Assembly: GCF_009914755.1 (NCBI RefSeq)
Contig: NC_060928.1
Reading direction: 5' to 3' (one strand)
DNA: 64,000 nt
From: the human T2T-CHM13v2.0 reference genome, Homo sapiens
Shown here one piece after another: positions 14,263 through 26,457 of this stretch (position 1 is its first letter; each line of letters starts with the position of its first letter). Under the pieces are notes generated by a model, which saw only the letters and a program-made list of their open reading frames with translations, ran no database searches and was not told the origin of the DNA. The position numbers and the translations under genes are program-made.

Positions 14263-15500
14263 TTAAAGCTGAATAGATCTTAGTTTCTCTTCAGCAAAAG
14301 CTATAAAAATTTGAGAATCTTGAAAGTCCAGAAGCTTGAGTCTATGTTTTTCTCTGTTGTGTCCCCATTTCCTGGTCCAAAATCTGGCATATAGTAGATG
14401 CTCAATAGGTCTTTTTGGAAAGAAAGTAATAACAACATGAGGGTTGAGCCAGATAGGCCCTTTCAGGCAGTATCCGCCATGAGACTGATGGGGCTGGGGG
14501 AGCATTTAGGAAAGGCATGAAAACCAGGTGCACATCAGAGCACCCAGAGATGGGCATCCTCCCAGAAATTGAAATGTGCAGTGCAAGGACATGCCCATGG
14601 AGATGCCCATGGGAAGAATGCCAAGCAGAGGCCAGGAAGGTGCCTGGAGAGACAGGCCATCCGTACCACAGGGAGAGAACACACATAGGACTTCATAGGA
14701 GCCCAGACTGATTATTCTGAATTTAATATTTGCTTAAGTTTTGAAATTCATCTTAATCATAAAACCCTAAAATAGAAAGGAAAATCTAAAGGATACATCA
14801 TCCCGGTGATAAAATCAGCACCAATTCTAACCTTATCATCCAGAATCCAGACATTTAAAAAATAACAGAGCCTAACGTAAAAGGGGACAGACAAGAGAAA
14901 TCAGAAATTATTCTCTGGACCCAGTGATTCCCTCAAATTGTCCCCCATTTACTTTCCAATATCTGCAATGAGCAAGTGTACACTCTCTAAGTGACCAAAG
15001 CAGACACTCGGGTTTGCACTCCCTGATTTTTTGATCGAATTGCTTCCCACAGTGGATGTCCTCACTGATATTACTTTCTATGTTTCTGCTAATAGAATAA
15101 GAAATGTACTAATAGTATATAAAGAAGCTTTATTACTAATTTGGAAATTCTTACGACTCTGAATTATCATCTTAGAAAATCACTGCAATTGAAATATTTT
15201 AGTGTGGCCATTAAATTTTGGTTAACAAAGATTAATAAGTGCCCTTGTAACACCAGGTAATACAGCCAAAAGGAAAAAAAAAGGTGTGAGTGCAATGATT
15301 GAGATATGTGTAGGGGTATTATGGAAGCAGCTAAGAGGAGTCTCTACCCAGTTTAAGGGGTGAGGAGGAAAGAAATGAGGAGAGGAGATTTCCTGGAAGA
15401 CCCAGTTGAGCCTAAAAGCTTCCTCTCACCCCATGCCAGATCAGCTCTCATTTTCATTTGTATCTGGAAACTAATTGACCATTTTGAAAGGAGTGAATAA

Positions 15501-15799
15501 GCTCAGGCACAGTGGCTCACACCTGTAATCCCAGCACTTTGGGAGGCCGAGGTGGGCAAATCACAAGGTCAGGGGTTTGAGACCAACCTGGCCAATATAG
15601 TGAAACGCCGTCTTTACTAAAAATACAAAAAAATTAGCTGGGAGTGGTGGTGGGCGCCTGTAATCCCAGCTACTCGGGAGGCTGAGGCAAGAGAATCGTC
15701 TGAACCCAGGAGTCATAGGTTGCAGTGAGCCAAGATTGCATCACTGCACTCCAGTCTGGGTGACAGAGCAGGACTCTGTCTCAAAAAAAAAAAAAAAAA
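15501..15799 (+). mobile_element. AluS
   Basis: TSD AAAGGAGTGAATAA. Confidence 0.95.
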
Positions 15800-15994
15800 G
15801 GAGTGAATAAATCTGAATGCTGACTATTGTCTAAACCCAAGGAACGGGGGTTGTCATTGAGACCTTCCAAACACTGCAAAGACTACACCACTGTTATACA
15901 ACCTATGATCAGAGGTCACATCGAAGCAAATTGAATAATCAAAGTAATCAATTTGAAAAAGATTTTTATTTCTTCAAAGCAATGTAAGAAAAAA

Positions 15995-16578
<584 letters not shown>

Positions 16579-18259
16579 GAAGGAGGTGGGGGAGGAAGAG
16601 GAGTAGAAGAGGAAGTAGAAGGGGGAGAATAAGCAAGTCTCCCAGCAGGAAGGACCTGGAAATGTTACCTTATACAGAGAAACTTTCTTTCTATAAATGT
16701 ATGTGTCCACCATCATCAGAATTTACAGAGGCCCATCATCATAAACCCAAGCACTTTTCATTATTTTTATCAGAGAAATGGAGGGCGCTTACACTGGTAA
16801 GTGCTTTAAAATTTCCTGAGCAATGATCCTAAGTGCAAGAAGATGTTATTATGTCCTGTGCCTCCTTCCTCTGACGTTTAAGGCGCTCTTGGGAGAATGG
16901 CAAATGTTGGGAATACATTAGAATGATGTGAGGTCAAGGAAAATGGTGGCCAAATGTTGGTAAAGATATCTACAAACGATACCCATGTCATCTCTTCAAA
17001 AATACATTTCACTCAGACAGCAGCAAAAGAATTTTTGATGAGTTTGGAGAGAGAGAAGTAACACAATCGTCTGACAATAGCCTAAGCTTTCTTCCCTACC
17101 CTCTGTAGGGATCTATTAAGGACACAGGAAATGGAAAGAGCAGCTCAGTGTGTGATGAATGTCAGTTACTATTACATTTATTAAGCTCTTCTGCAAAGGC
17201 CTTGGGTATAGGTGGGTATGTAACAAGGAAAATACATAAATAAACAATCACCTGCATTCTAGGGTTATTTGTCTCTGCCTTCTTTGTGAACTTATTGAGA
17301 CTTGGTGAGTTTACAAGAGAGATGCCAGAGAGTATAAAATGAATTTCTCACTGTGCCAATATGCTGAGCAAAACAAAAAAAAAGATTTGTGGCTTCCACC
17401 TGGGAGATCAGATGGATTAAGGTGTTCAATTCTTCACTTGTTGGTAGAGGAAAAAAAAATACTCAAATCTCCCTCACCTCAGTCTTTGTTTCTTAGCTTT
17501 GTTTCTTAGCTTTCTTAGCTTTGTTTATTTATGGATGGTTTTGTTCTGATTGGAAAGTCAGTAAGACTAAGATCCTCGACAGACCAGTGAGGAGAATATG
17601 AGAAGCCATGTATGGCCTTGCTTATAATAAACCATGCTGATCTGCAAGTCACCGGGGAAGAATGTTTGGTAAATGTTTGGAAAATGCAGACTTCCAAAGA
17701 AGTGATTACAGAGCCTTATGCTTGGATGGTGTCTTTTTTCTGGGAGCGTCTTCAAGCATTTTACAAACTTATCTAAAGGGTCCCTCACCAGTCATTGGAA
17801 TGCACTTGTATCCAGGGTAGAATAAAGGCAACTGCTCAGCCAGAAAGCAAACATGATTTCAGGAAGAAAAGTTATTTTGTAAGTGTACTTATGAAATGCT
17901 CCAAGTTTTCCCCTTTATCAGGGCATTTACGTATGAGAGAAGAGATGGGCTATGGGTATGGAGCTCAGGACTATCCTTATGGGGAGCAAGCTAGGACATT
18001 TGACATGCAGCCCACACCCACACCCTTCATTGAAGCTATGAGCAAAAATGGGTTAAATTAAATGTCCTAGCCAGCTGGAAATGTATGCACATGTATAGAG
18101 AAAGGAGCTGGCTTGCAGAGGGGGCCATGTTATTAGGGAGATAGAAGACTATTGCGGGTTAACTACAAAGAGCTCAGATCCTTTTTCACACCAGCTGGCA
18201 GAGTCAGAGTCCCTTTCTTTTCTCCCCAGTGGTCTGATCCCTAAATCATGGCCCAGGCC

Positions 18260-18870
18260 CAGCTACCAGCAAGAATTCGTATGGTATCTCCACAGAACCA
18301 GCTTCCCGGGCTACAACCTACACAGTCCCACAGGCCCTCACTCAGAAGGCCCTGCACTTGATTTCATACTCCACTGTTGCCATCTTAAAATTCCTAATAA
18401 TTTTATCTTTGAACTTGTGTTTTATAAGTGAAGTCTCATGGGACAAAGGAGAATGAGCGTGAGCAGAGGAGATACAATATGTGTGCATGCGCAGTAACAC
18501 CATTCCTTGCCTCCCATTCACATATACCACCTGTGATGTCCCATGCAGAGAATTCTGGTGGACCCATGATGCATGAAAGTTCAGTGTAACTCAGTGATAG
18601 GTGACCCCCTACCCCACAACCCAGCCAAGAGGCCGTGCTTTCCCTTTGAACCAGTTTAGCTTGAAAGAATCAATACTGTTTAAGCAAAAAGAACAACCAA
18701 GGAACCCTACCATATTCTTTCTCACTCATGTTACATCGCTATATTAGCCAACCACACTGAAAAGGACATAGAAGGAAAGGGAAAGATGGGGCAACCCATA
18801 GTTCATTTTCCTTTCTCATCAGTTAAGCCAAAGGTAGTGATTTGTTGGTAGAGTGTGTCATATTAAGTCA
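18260..18870. mobile_element. hAT-Tip100 (MER45-like) fossil
   Basis: GGCCCTGCACTTG...CCATCTTAAAATTCCTAATAATTTTATCTTTGAAC resembles MER45. Confidence 0.55.
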
Positions 18871-18879
18871 GATTTTTAC

Positions 18880-19335
18880 ATAGACTGGAAAAAGTACAGT
18901 GTTTATTGGTCATTTTAAAAACTCTTACAAAACAATAAGAAAAATATAAACGTTCCAATAAAAAACAGGTTTAGGGCACTAATACGCACATTACAAGAGA
19001 ACTTCAAATGACCAACATTAAACATTATAAAATGTTTTTAACTTTGCTAATAATTACAGAAATACAAATAAAAACAACAGTGATCAAAAATTTTCTACTC
19101 AGAAGTTTAGAAAAGATGAAAATGAAAATATCAGCACCCAGTACAAACCTAAAGTGGAAAGCAACTGGAAAAGAGCTTGACTACACTGATCAAAATATGA
19201 AATGACTCAGCAATAACATTGCCAGGAAACTGCTAAAGAGACATAGGGACATTTATAAAGATGAATATGCAAGGCTGTTCACTATAGCATTGTTTAGCAT
19301 ATCTAAAAATTGAAATAACCTCAATGTTGATCCAT
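18880..19335 (+). mobile_element. L1M fragment (continues at 19711-19779 and after 25489)
   Basis: A-rich degenerate ORF2 3' sequence. Confidence 0.6.
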
Positions 19336-19338
19336 AGG

Positions 19339-19710
19339 TGCTGTGGTCTGAATGTTTGTTTCCTCTCAGCATTCATGTTGAAATTCTGACCCCCAAGGTG
19401 ATGATATTAGGAGGTGGAGCCTTTGGGAGGTGATCAGACCATGAGGATAGAGCCCTTGTGAATGGGCTTAGTGCCCTTATAAAAAAGGCCTGAGAGAGAC
19501 CCCTCACTTCTTCCACCATGTGAGGACACAATGAGAAGATGTCATCCGCAAACCAGAAAGTGGGCCCTCACCAGATACTAAATTTGTGAGTGTCTTGATC
19601 TTGGACTTCCCAGCCTCCAGAAGTGTGGGAAATAAATAAATACATTTATATTGTTTATAGACTATCCAGTTTATAATATTTTATTATAGCAGCCCAAACA
19701 GACTAAGACA
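19339..19710 (+). mobile_element. MLT1A-like solo LTR
   Basis: TG...CA termini with perfect TSD ATAGG. Confidence 0.9.
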
Positions 19711-19779
19711 ATAGGGTATACGTTAAATCAATCACAGTACATCTATATGTTTGCAGTTGTTAAAAAAGAATTAGATCAC

Positions 19780-20181
19780 TGTCAGGCCTCTGAGCCCAAG
19801 CTAAGCCATCATATCCCCTGTGACCTGCACGTACACATCCAGATGACCAGTTCCTGCCTTAACTGATGACATTCCACCACAAAAGAAGTGAAAATGGCCT
19901 GTTCCTGCTTTAACTGATGACATTGTCTTGTGAAATTCCTTCTCCTGGCTCATCCTGGCTCAAAAGCTCCCCGACTGAGTACCTTGTGACCCCCCACTCC
20001 TGCCCGCCAGAGAACCCCCCTTTTTCCTTTACCTACCCAAATCCTATAAAACGGCCCCACCCCTATCTCCCTTCACTGACTCTCTTTTCGGACTCAGCCC
20101 ACCTGCACCCAGGTGAAGTAAACAGCTTTATTGCTCACACAAAGCCTGCTTGGTGGTCTCTTCACACAGACGCGCATGAAA
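19780..20181 (+). promoter_or_regulatory. 5' LTR7 (promoter/enhancer)
   Basis: Duplicated GTTCCTGCYTTAACTGATGACATT blocks, ACAAAAGA 19879-19886, TATAAAA 20045-20051, CCCCACCCC GT-box 20055-20063, variant polyA hexamer AGTAAA 20117-20122. Confidence 0.96.
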
Positions 20182-20183
20182 TT

Positions 20184-20201
20184 TGGTGCCGTGACTCGGA
20201 T
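20184..20201 (+). promoter_or_regulatory. Primer-binding site for tRNA-His
   Basis: TGGTGCCGTGACTCGGAT is complementary to the 3' 18 nt of tRNA-His and lies 2 nt after the 5' LTR. Confidence 0.97.
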
Positions 20202-20324
20202 CCGGGGACCTCCCTTGGGAGATCAATCCTCTGTCCTCCTGTTCTTTGCTTGGTGAGAAAGATCCACCTACGACCTCAGGTCCTCAGACCGACCAGCTCA
20301 AGAAACATCTCACCAATTTTAAAT

Positions 20325-20333
20325 CAGGTAAGC
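20325..20333 (+). promoter_or_regulatory. HERV-H major splice donor
   Basis: CAG|GTAAGC, near-consensus, about 145 nt after the LTR at the usual HERV-H donor position. Confidence 0.85.
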
Positions 20334-20785
20334 GGCCTCTTCTTACTCTCTTCTCCAACCTCTCTCACTATCCCTCAACCACTTTCTCCTTTCCACTCTT
20401 CAATCTCTCCCTTCTCTTAATTTCAATTCCTTTCATTTTCTGGTAGAGACAAAGGAGACAGGTTTTATCTGTGGACCCAAAACTCCGGCGCCGGTCACGG
20501 ACTAGGGAAGGCAGCCTTCCCTTGGTGTTTAATCATTGCAGGGACGCCTCTCTGATTATACACCCAGGTTTCAGAGGTGTCAGACCACGCAGGGACACCT
20601 GCCTTGGTCCTTCACCCTTAGCAGCAAGTCCCGCTTTTCTGGGGAAGGGGCAAGTACCCCAACCCCTTCTCTCCATGTCTCTACCCCTTCTCCACCCTTC
20701 TGGGGGGGCAAGAAACCCCCAACCCCTTCTCCTTCAACCTTAGCAGCAAGTCCTGCTTTTCTGGGGGAGGGGCAAGTACCCCAAC

Positions 20786-20982
20786 CTCATATCTCTGTGT
20801 CCCAATCCCTTATTTCTGCACCCCGACCTCTTATCTCTGTGCCCCAATCCCTTATTTCCATGCCCCGACCCCTTATATCTCTTTGCCCTGATCCCTTATT
20901 TCCGCACCCCAACCTCTTATATTCTCTGCACCCCAATCCCTTATTTCCATGCCCTGACCTCGTATTTCTGTGCCCCGACCCC
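20786..20982 (+). repeat. HERV-H leader tandem array, about 9 units of ~21 bp
   Basis: Alternating CTTATATCTCTGYRCCCCAATC / CCTTATTTCCRYRCCCCGACCT units, seen as the repetitive LISAPRPLISVPQS translation. Confidence 0.85.
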
Positions 20983-21941
20983 TTTCCCACTTTTCTGGAG
21001 GGTAAGAACCCCTGAACCCCTTCCCCCCGCGTCTCTACTCTCTTTTCTCTGGGCTTGCCTCCTTCACTATGGGCAACCTTCCACCCTCCATTCCTCCTTC
21101 TTCTCCCTTAGCCTGTGTTCTTAAGAACTTAAAACCGCTTCAACTCTCACTTGACCTAAAATCTAAGCATCTTATTTTCTTCTGCATTGCCACTTGACCC
21201 CAATACAAACTCGACAGTAGTTCCAAATAGCCAGAAAACGGCACTTTGAATTTTTCCATCCTGCAAGATCTAAATAATTCTTGTCATAAAGTAGGCAAAC
21301 AGTCTGAGGTGCCTGACGTCCAGGCATTCTTTTACACATCGGTCCCTTCCTAGTCTCTGTGCCCAATGCAACTCGTCCCAAATCTTCCTTCTTTCCCTCC
21401 CACCTGTCCCCCCTCAGTCCCAACCCCAAGCATCACTGAGTCTTTCTAATCTTCCTTTTCTACAGACCCATCTGACCTCCCCTCCTCCCCAGGCTGCTCC
21501 TTGCCAGGCGGAGCTAGGTCCCAATTCTTCCTCAGCCTCCGCTCCTCCACCCTATAATCCTTTTATCACCTCCCCTCCTCATACCCGGTCCGGCTTACAG
21601 TTTCATTTGACTAGCCACCCCCCGACCTGCCCAGCAATTTACTCTTAAAAAGGTGGCTGGAGCTAAAGGCATAGTCAAGGTTAATGCTCCTTTTTCTTTA
21701 TCCCAAATCAGATAGCATTTAGGCTCTTTTTCATCAAATATAAAAATCCAGCCCAGTTCATGACTCCTTTGGCAACAACCCTGAGACACTTTACAGCCCT
21801 AGACCCTAAAAGGTCAAAAGGCCGTCTTATTCTCAAAATACGTTTTATTACCCAATCTGCTCCTGACATCAAATAAAACTCCAAAAATTAAATTCCGGCC
21901 CTCAAACCCCACAACAGGATTTAATTAGCCTCACCTTCAAG

Positions 21942-22274
21942 GTGTACAATAATAGAAAACAGTTGCAATTCCTTGCCTCCACTGTGAGACAAACCCCAGC
22001 CACATCTCCAGCACACAAGAACTTCCAAACACCTGAACCGCAGCAGCCAGGCATTCCTCCAGAACCTCCTCCCCCAGTAGCTTGCTACAAGTGCCAGAAA
22101 TCTGGCCACCAGGCCAAGGAATGCCTGCAGCCCAGGATTCCTCCTAAGCCACTTCCCATCTGTGCAGGACCCCACTGGAAATTGGACTGTCCAACTCACC
22201 TGGCAGCCACTCCCAGAGCCCCTGGAACTCTGGCCCAAGGCTCTCTGACTCCTTCCCAGATCTTCTTGGCTTAG
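21942..22274 (+). pseudogene. gag: HERV-H gag C-terminal remnant (nucleocapsid)
   Basis: Intact CX2CX4HX4C knuckle CYKCQKSGHQAKEC at 22083-22124. Second knuckle degenerate (LPICAGPHWKLDC). The frame opens at GTG, not ATG. Confidence 0.9.
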
Positions 22275-22329
22275 CGGCTGAAGACTGACGCTGCCTGATC
22301 ACCTCAGAAGCCCCCTAGATCATCACGGA

Positions 22330-22710
22330 CGCCGAGCTTTGGGTAACTCTCACAGTGGAGGGTAAGTACTTCCCCTTCTTAATACGGAGGCTACTCACTC
22401 CACATTACCTTCTTTTCAAGGGCCTGTTTCCCTTGCCTCCATAACTGTTGTGGGTATTGACGGCCAGGCTTCTAAACCTCTTAAAACTCCCCAACTCTGG
22501 TGCCAACTTAGACAATACTCTTTTAAGCACTGCTTTTTAGTTATCCCCACCTGCCCAGTTCCCTTATTAGGCCGAGACACTTTAATGAAATTATCTGCTT
22601 CCCTGACTATTCCTGGACTACAGCTGCATCTCATTGCCGCCCTTCTTCCCAATCCAAAGCCTCCTTTGCGTCCTCCTCTTGTATCCCCCAACTTTAACCC
22701 ACAAGTATAA
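22330..22710 (+). pseudogene. pro: HERV-H protease remnant
   Basis: Active-site region degraded to NTEAT (22381 onward); GIDGQ flap and CPVPLLGRD motifs present; stop at 22708-22710. Confidence 0.85.
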
Positions 22711-22728
22711 GATACCTCTACTCCCTCC

Positions 22729-23900
22729 TTGGTGACCCATCATGCACCCCTTACCATCTCATTAAAACCTAATCACCCTTACCCCGATCAATGCCAATAT
22801 CCCATCCCACAGCATGCTTTAAAAGGATTAAAGCCTATTATCACTCGCCTGCTACAGCATGGCCTTTTAAAGCCTATAAACTCTCCTTACAATTCCCCCA
22901 TTTTACCTGTCCTAGAACCAGACAAGACTTACAGGTTACTTCAGGATCTGCGCCTTATCAACCAAATTGTTTTGCCTATCCACCCCGTGGTGACAAACCC
23001 ATATACTCTCCTATCCTCAATACCTCCCTCTACAACCCATTATTCTGTTCTGGATCTCAAATATGCTTTCTTTACTATTCCTCTGCACCCTTCATCCCAG
23101 CCTCTCTTTGCTTTCACTTGGACTGACCCTGACGCCCATTAGGCTCAGCAAATTACCTGGGCTGTACTGCCGCAAGGCTTCACAGACAGCCCCCATTACT
23201 TCAGTCAAGCCCAAATTTCATCCTCATCTGTTACCTATCTCAGCATAATTCTCATAAAAACACACGTGCTCTGCCTGCTGATCGTGTCCGACTAATCCCC
23301 CAAACCTCAATCCCTTACAAAACAACAACTCCTTTCCTTCCTAGGCATGGTTAGTGCGGTCAGAATTCTTACACAAGAGCCAGGACTGCACCCTGTAGCC
23401 TTTCTGTCCAAACAACTTGACCTTACTGTTTTAGCCTAGCCATCATGTCTCTGTGCAGCGGCTGCTGCCACCCTAATACTTTTAGAGGCCCTCAAAATCA
23501 CAAACTATGCTCAACTTACTCTCTACATTTCTCATAACTTCCAAAATCTATTTTCTTCCTCATACCTGACGCATATACTTTCTGCTCCCCGGCTCCTTCA
23601 GCTGTACTCACTCTTTGTTAAGTTCCACAATTACCATTGTTCCTGGCCGGGACTTCAATCCAGCCTCCCACATTATTCCTGATACCACACCTGGCCCTCA
23701 TGACTGTATCTCTCTGATCCACCTGACATTCACCCCATTTCCCCGCATTTCCTTCTTCCCTGTTTCTCACCCTGATCGCACTTAGTTTATTGATGGCAGT
23801 TCCACCAGGCCTAATCGCCACACACCAGCAAAGGCAGGCTATGCTATAGTACAAGTCACTAGCCCGCCTCTTAAAACCTCTCATTTCCTTTCCATCGTGG
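22729..23900 (+). pseudogene. pol: HERV-H pol, RT/RNase H remnant
   Basis: SPYNSPILPV, YRLLQDLR, LDLKYAFF, then a stop at 23140-23142, then LPQGFTDSP joined directly to AQISSSSVTYL, so the YxDD segment is deleted. FIDGSS RNase H start near 23787. Confidence 0.92.
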
Positions 23901-23989
23901 AAATCTATCCTCAAGGAAATAACTTCTCAGTGTTCCATCTGCTATTCTACTACTCCTCAAGGATTATTCAGGCCCCCCTCCCTTCCCTA

Positions 23990-24460
23990 CACATCAAGCT
24001 CGAGGATTTGCCCCCACCCAGGACTGGCAAATTAGCTTTACTCAACATGCCCCGAGTCAGATAACTAAAATACCTCTTAGTCTAGGTAGACACTTACACT
24101 GGATAGGTAGAGTCCTTTCCTACAGGGTCTGAGAAGGCCACCGCAGTCATTTCTTCCCTTCTGTCAGACATAATTCCTCAGTTTAGCCTTCCCACCTCTA
24201 TACAGTCTGATAACAGATCAGCCTTTATTAGTCAAATCAGCCAAGCAGTTTTTCAGGTGTTAGTATTCAGTGAAACCTTTATATCCCTTACAGTCCTCAG
24301 TCTTCAGGAAAAGTAGAACAGACTAATGGTCTTTTAAAAACACACCTCACCAAGCTCAGCCACCAACTTAAAAAGGACTGGACAATACTTTTACCACTTT
24401 CGCTTCTCAGAATTAAGGCCTGTCCTCGGAATGCTACAAGGTACAGCCCACTTGAGCTCC
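23990..24460 (+). pseudogene. pol: HERV-H integrase remnant
   Basis: DWQISFT, VDTYTG*VESFP, SIQSDN and PQSSGKVEQTNGLLK motifs, with stops and frameshifts. Confidence 0.9.
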
Positions 24461-25073
24461 TTTTTATTAGGCCCCAGTCTCATTCCAGACACTAGACCAA
24501 CTTGGACTGTGCCCCAAAAACTTGTCATCCCTACTGTCTTCTGTCTAGTCCTACTTCTATTCACCATTCTCAACTACTCATACATGCCCTGCTCTTGTTT
24601 ACACTGCCAGTTTACACTGTTTCTCCAAGCCAGCACAGCTGATATCTCCCGGTGTTATCCCCAAACCACCGCTCTTAACTCTTGAAGTAAATAAATAATC
24701 TTTGCTGGCAGGACTATGATGAATCTCCTAAGGCACTCTAATTATATGTCCTAGGTCCTCCCAATTCTTAGTCCTTTAATACCTGCTTTTCTCCTCTTAT
24801 TCCATTTACTTTTTCAATTCATACAAAACCGTATCCAGGCCATCACCAATAATTCTACACGACAAATGTTTCTTCTAACAACCCCACAATATCACCCCTT
24901 ACCACAAAATCTTCCTTCAGCTTAATCTCTCCCACTATAGGTTCCCACACTACCCCTAATCCTGCTCGAAGTAGCCCTGAGAAACATCGCCCATTATCTC
25001 TCCATACCATCCCCCAAAATTTTCGCTGTCCAAACACTTTACCACTATTTCATTTTATTTTTCTTATTAATAT
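24461..25073 (+). pseudogene. env: Largely deleted env / 3' region
   Basis: Only about 0.6 kb lies between integrase and PPT; no long ORF. Confidence 0.6.
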
Positions 25074-25086
25074 AAGAAGACAGGAA
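25074..25086 (+). other. Polypurine tract
   Basis: AAGAAGACAGGAA immediately precedes the TG of the 3' LTR. Confidence 0.85.
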
Positions 25087-25488
25087 TGTCAGGCCTCTGA
25101 GCCCAAGCTAAGCCATCATATCCCCTGTGACCTGCACGTACACATCCAGATGACCAGTTCCTGCCTTAACTGATGACATTCCACCACAAAAGAAGTGAAA
25201 ATGGCCTGTTCCTGCTTTAACTGATGACATTGTCTTGTGAAATTCCTTCTCCTGGCTCATCCTGGCTCAAAAGCTCCCCCACTGAGTACCTTGTGACCCC
25301 CCCACTCCTGCCCACCAGAGAACAACCCCTTTTCCTTTACCTACCCAAATCCTATAAAACAGCCCCACCCCATCTCCCTTCGCTGACTCTCTTTTCGGAC
25401 TCAGCCCACCTGCACCCAGGTGAAATAAACAGCTTTATTGCTCACACAAAGCCTGTTTGGTGGTCTCTTCACACGGATGCGCATGAAA
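25087..25488 (+). mobile_element. 3' LTR7
   Basis: About 97% identical to the 5' LTR; canonical AATAAA at 25424-25429. Confidence 0.97.
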
Positions 25489-25805
25489 TTCACTTTATAT
25501 CCACTGACCTGGAAAATGTACACAATACAGTGTAAAACTTTTTAAAGCAAATTATAGAAGATAAAATGATCGCATCTGGGAAAATATGTGTGTACATTTT
25601 TTTTTTTTACTAGTCCTGTCTCATCCTAGGGAGATCATAAAGTTACCTTTGGGAGGTAGAATTAATTGGGGACAAGAATGAATAAATGAGATGACTTTTC
25701 ACTTCATGCCTTCTGCAATGTTTAGGAAAAAAACATTTCAGAGCATGTCTTTCTGATAATTTGTTTTAAAAAATCACGTTAAGATAAAATCATTTACTGC
25801 ACATT

Positions 25806-26112
<307 letters not shown>

Positions 26113-26165
26113 TTACTGCACATCTGTACAATGAATATTAAGTGACCATTAAAAATGATGATGTT

Positions 26166-26457
<292 letters not shown>

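Larger units (their letters stand above)
19780..25488 (+). mobile_element. HERV-H provirus (LTR7-HERVH-int-LTR7), common pol/env-deleted form
   Basis: Two 402-bp LTRs (TGTCAGGCC...CATGAAA), tRNA-His PBS, gag/pro/pol remnants, PPT, and a 5-bp TSD with one mismatch (ATCAC 19775-19779 / TTCAC 25489-25493). Inserted into an old L1M fragment. Confidence 0.98.

Noticed and set aside
16776-16792. CTCF-like TGGAGGGCGCT
   Set aside because: Lacks the 5' CC(A/G)C half of the core motif.
17484-17527. 13-bp tandem repeat (CTTTGTTTCTTAG)
   Set aside because: Ordinary slippage duplication.
19917-20420. 167-aa ORF in the 5' LTR (paralogue at 25224-25535)
   Set aside because: The ATG lies in U3 upstream of the TATA box, so it is absent from LTR-initiated RNA; no known domain.
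20786-20982. CRISPR-like periodic array
   Set aside because: Eukaryotic retroviral tandem repeat with no unique spacers.
20536-21015. 159-aa Pro-rich ORF
   Set aside because: Product of the leader tandem array, with a non-ATG start.
22729-23142. Functional reverse transcriptase
   Set aside because: In-frame stop and deletion of the YxDD catalytic segment.
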